Shown: piece after piece, positions 31,165 through 32,000 of the stretch
How the letters are laid out: the number at the start of each line of letters is the position of its first letter
Position numbering within the stretch: position 1 is the first letter of the stretch
DNA from: Nitrosospira multiformis ATCC 25196
GTDB taxonomy: Bacteria > Pseudomonadota > Gammaproteobacteria > Burkholderiales > Nitrosomonadaceae
Length of the DNA: 32,000 nucleotides
Assembly (NCBI RefSeq): GCF_000196355.1
Contig: NC_007614.1
Span: 1,230,001 to 1,262,000 of the forward strand
Direction: 5' to 3'
Translations under genes and position numbers: made by a program
Notes under the pieces: generated by a model
What the model was told of the DNA's origin: nothing
Databases searched by the model: none
Seen by the model: only the letters and a program-made list of their open reading frames with translations

Positions 31165-32000
31165 ACCAGCCTGCCCAGATACTGCTGGCCGGATTGAATC
31201 CATCGGATCCCAACGATTGGCGGCTGAATAATTACGAACAGCGTGAAGGATATGCTGCGCTCAGAAAAATCCTGAGCGATAAAATTCCTCCGGAAAAGAT
31301 CATCGAGGAGGTAAAGAAATCCGCCTTGCGGGGTCGCGGCGGAGCCGGTTTTCCGACCGGGTTGAAATGGAGTTTCATGCCCAAGCAGTACGAAGGCGAC
31401 AAATACCTGGTATGCAATTCGGATGAAGGCGAACCTGGCACCTTCAAGGATCGTGACATCATGCGTTACAACCCTCATATGCTGATCGAGGGCATGCTGA
31501 TCGGAGCCTATGCGATGGGCATCAGGGCGGGCTACAACTACGTGCATGGCGAAATCTGGGACGTCTACGAGCGCATGGAGGAGGCAGTGGATGAAGCCCG
31601 TGCGGCGGGTTATCTCGGGGATAACATCCTCGGTTCCGATTTCAGCTTCCAGTTATACAACCATCATGGCTACGGCGCCTATATCTGCGGCGAGGAAACA
31701 GCGCTGCTCGAGTCGCTGGAGGGCAAAAAAGGTCAGCCGCGCTTCAAGCCGCCTTTTCCCGCAAGTTTCGGTCTCTATGGTAAACCGACTACCATCAACA
31801 ACACGGAGACATTCGCGTCGGTCCCCTGGATTATCAGGCACGGGGGTGACAAGTTTCTGCAACTGGGTAAGCCAAACAATGGCGGAACCAAGATTTTTTC
31901 CGTTTCCGGGCACGTGAACAAGCCCGGCAATTATGAAGTGCCTCTTGGCACGCCATTCGCAGCCTTGCTGGAGATGGCTGGTGGCATGCGCGGCGGACGC
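31161..32000 (+). CDS. nuoF: NADH-quinone oxidoreductase subunit F (runs off the window end)
   Basis: ATG at 31161 overlaps the nuoE stop; [17 protein letters not shown]-like [70 protein letters not shown]. Confidence 0.95.
   Translation, partial: MNQPAQILLAGLNPSDPNDWRLNNYEQREGYAALRKILSDKIPPEKIIEEVKKSALRGRGGAGFPTGLKWSFMPKQYEGDKYLVCNSDEGEPGTFKDRDIMRYNPHMLIEGMLIGAYAMGIRAGYNYVHGEIWDVYERMEEAVDEARAAGYLGDNILGSDFSFQLYNHHGYGAYICGEETALLESLEGKKGQPRFKPPFPASFGLYGKPTTINNTETFASVPWIIRHGGDKFLQLGKPNNGGTKIFSVSGHVNKPGNYEVPLGTPFAALLEMAGGMRGGR

Overview
The window looks like a chromosomal segment from a betaproteobacterial ammonia oxidizer (Nitrosospira/Nitrosomonas type; lineage inferred from gene content, no database search was run). 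Left to right it holds: 5' part of rne (minus) divergent from rluC; sppA; an RsmI-like methyltransferase and maf (minus); the yceD-rpmF-plsX-fabH-fabD-fabG-acpP-fabF-mltG block; a malyl-CoA lyase gene followed by malate-CoA ligase-like mtkA/mtkB; the hydroxylamine oxidation cluster haoA-haoB-(unusual repetitive gap)-cycA-cycB; pstC-pstA-pstB without pstS; tpiA-secG-tRNA-Leu(GAG)-nuoABCDEF. Most of it is well-known housekeeping or nitrifier core metabolism and I found no clear evidence of a wholly new system. The best second-look items are: a compact hairpin-dense non-coding stretch between sppA and the methyltransferase gene (about 4740-4936); the repetitive haoB-cycA gap with a terminator and a 48-bp repeat; a good Pho-box/-10 arrangement before a pstS-less pstCAB operon; the serine-cycle-like malyl-CoA module in a presumed autotroph with its own promoter and terminator; a hydrophobic, Arg-terminated C-terminal tail on HAO; a large hairpin in the rne 5' leader; and a 14-bp perfect inverted repeat after cycB.
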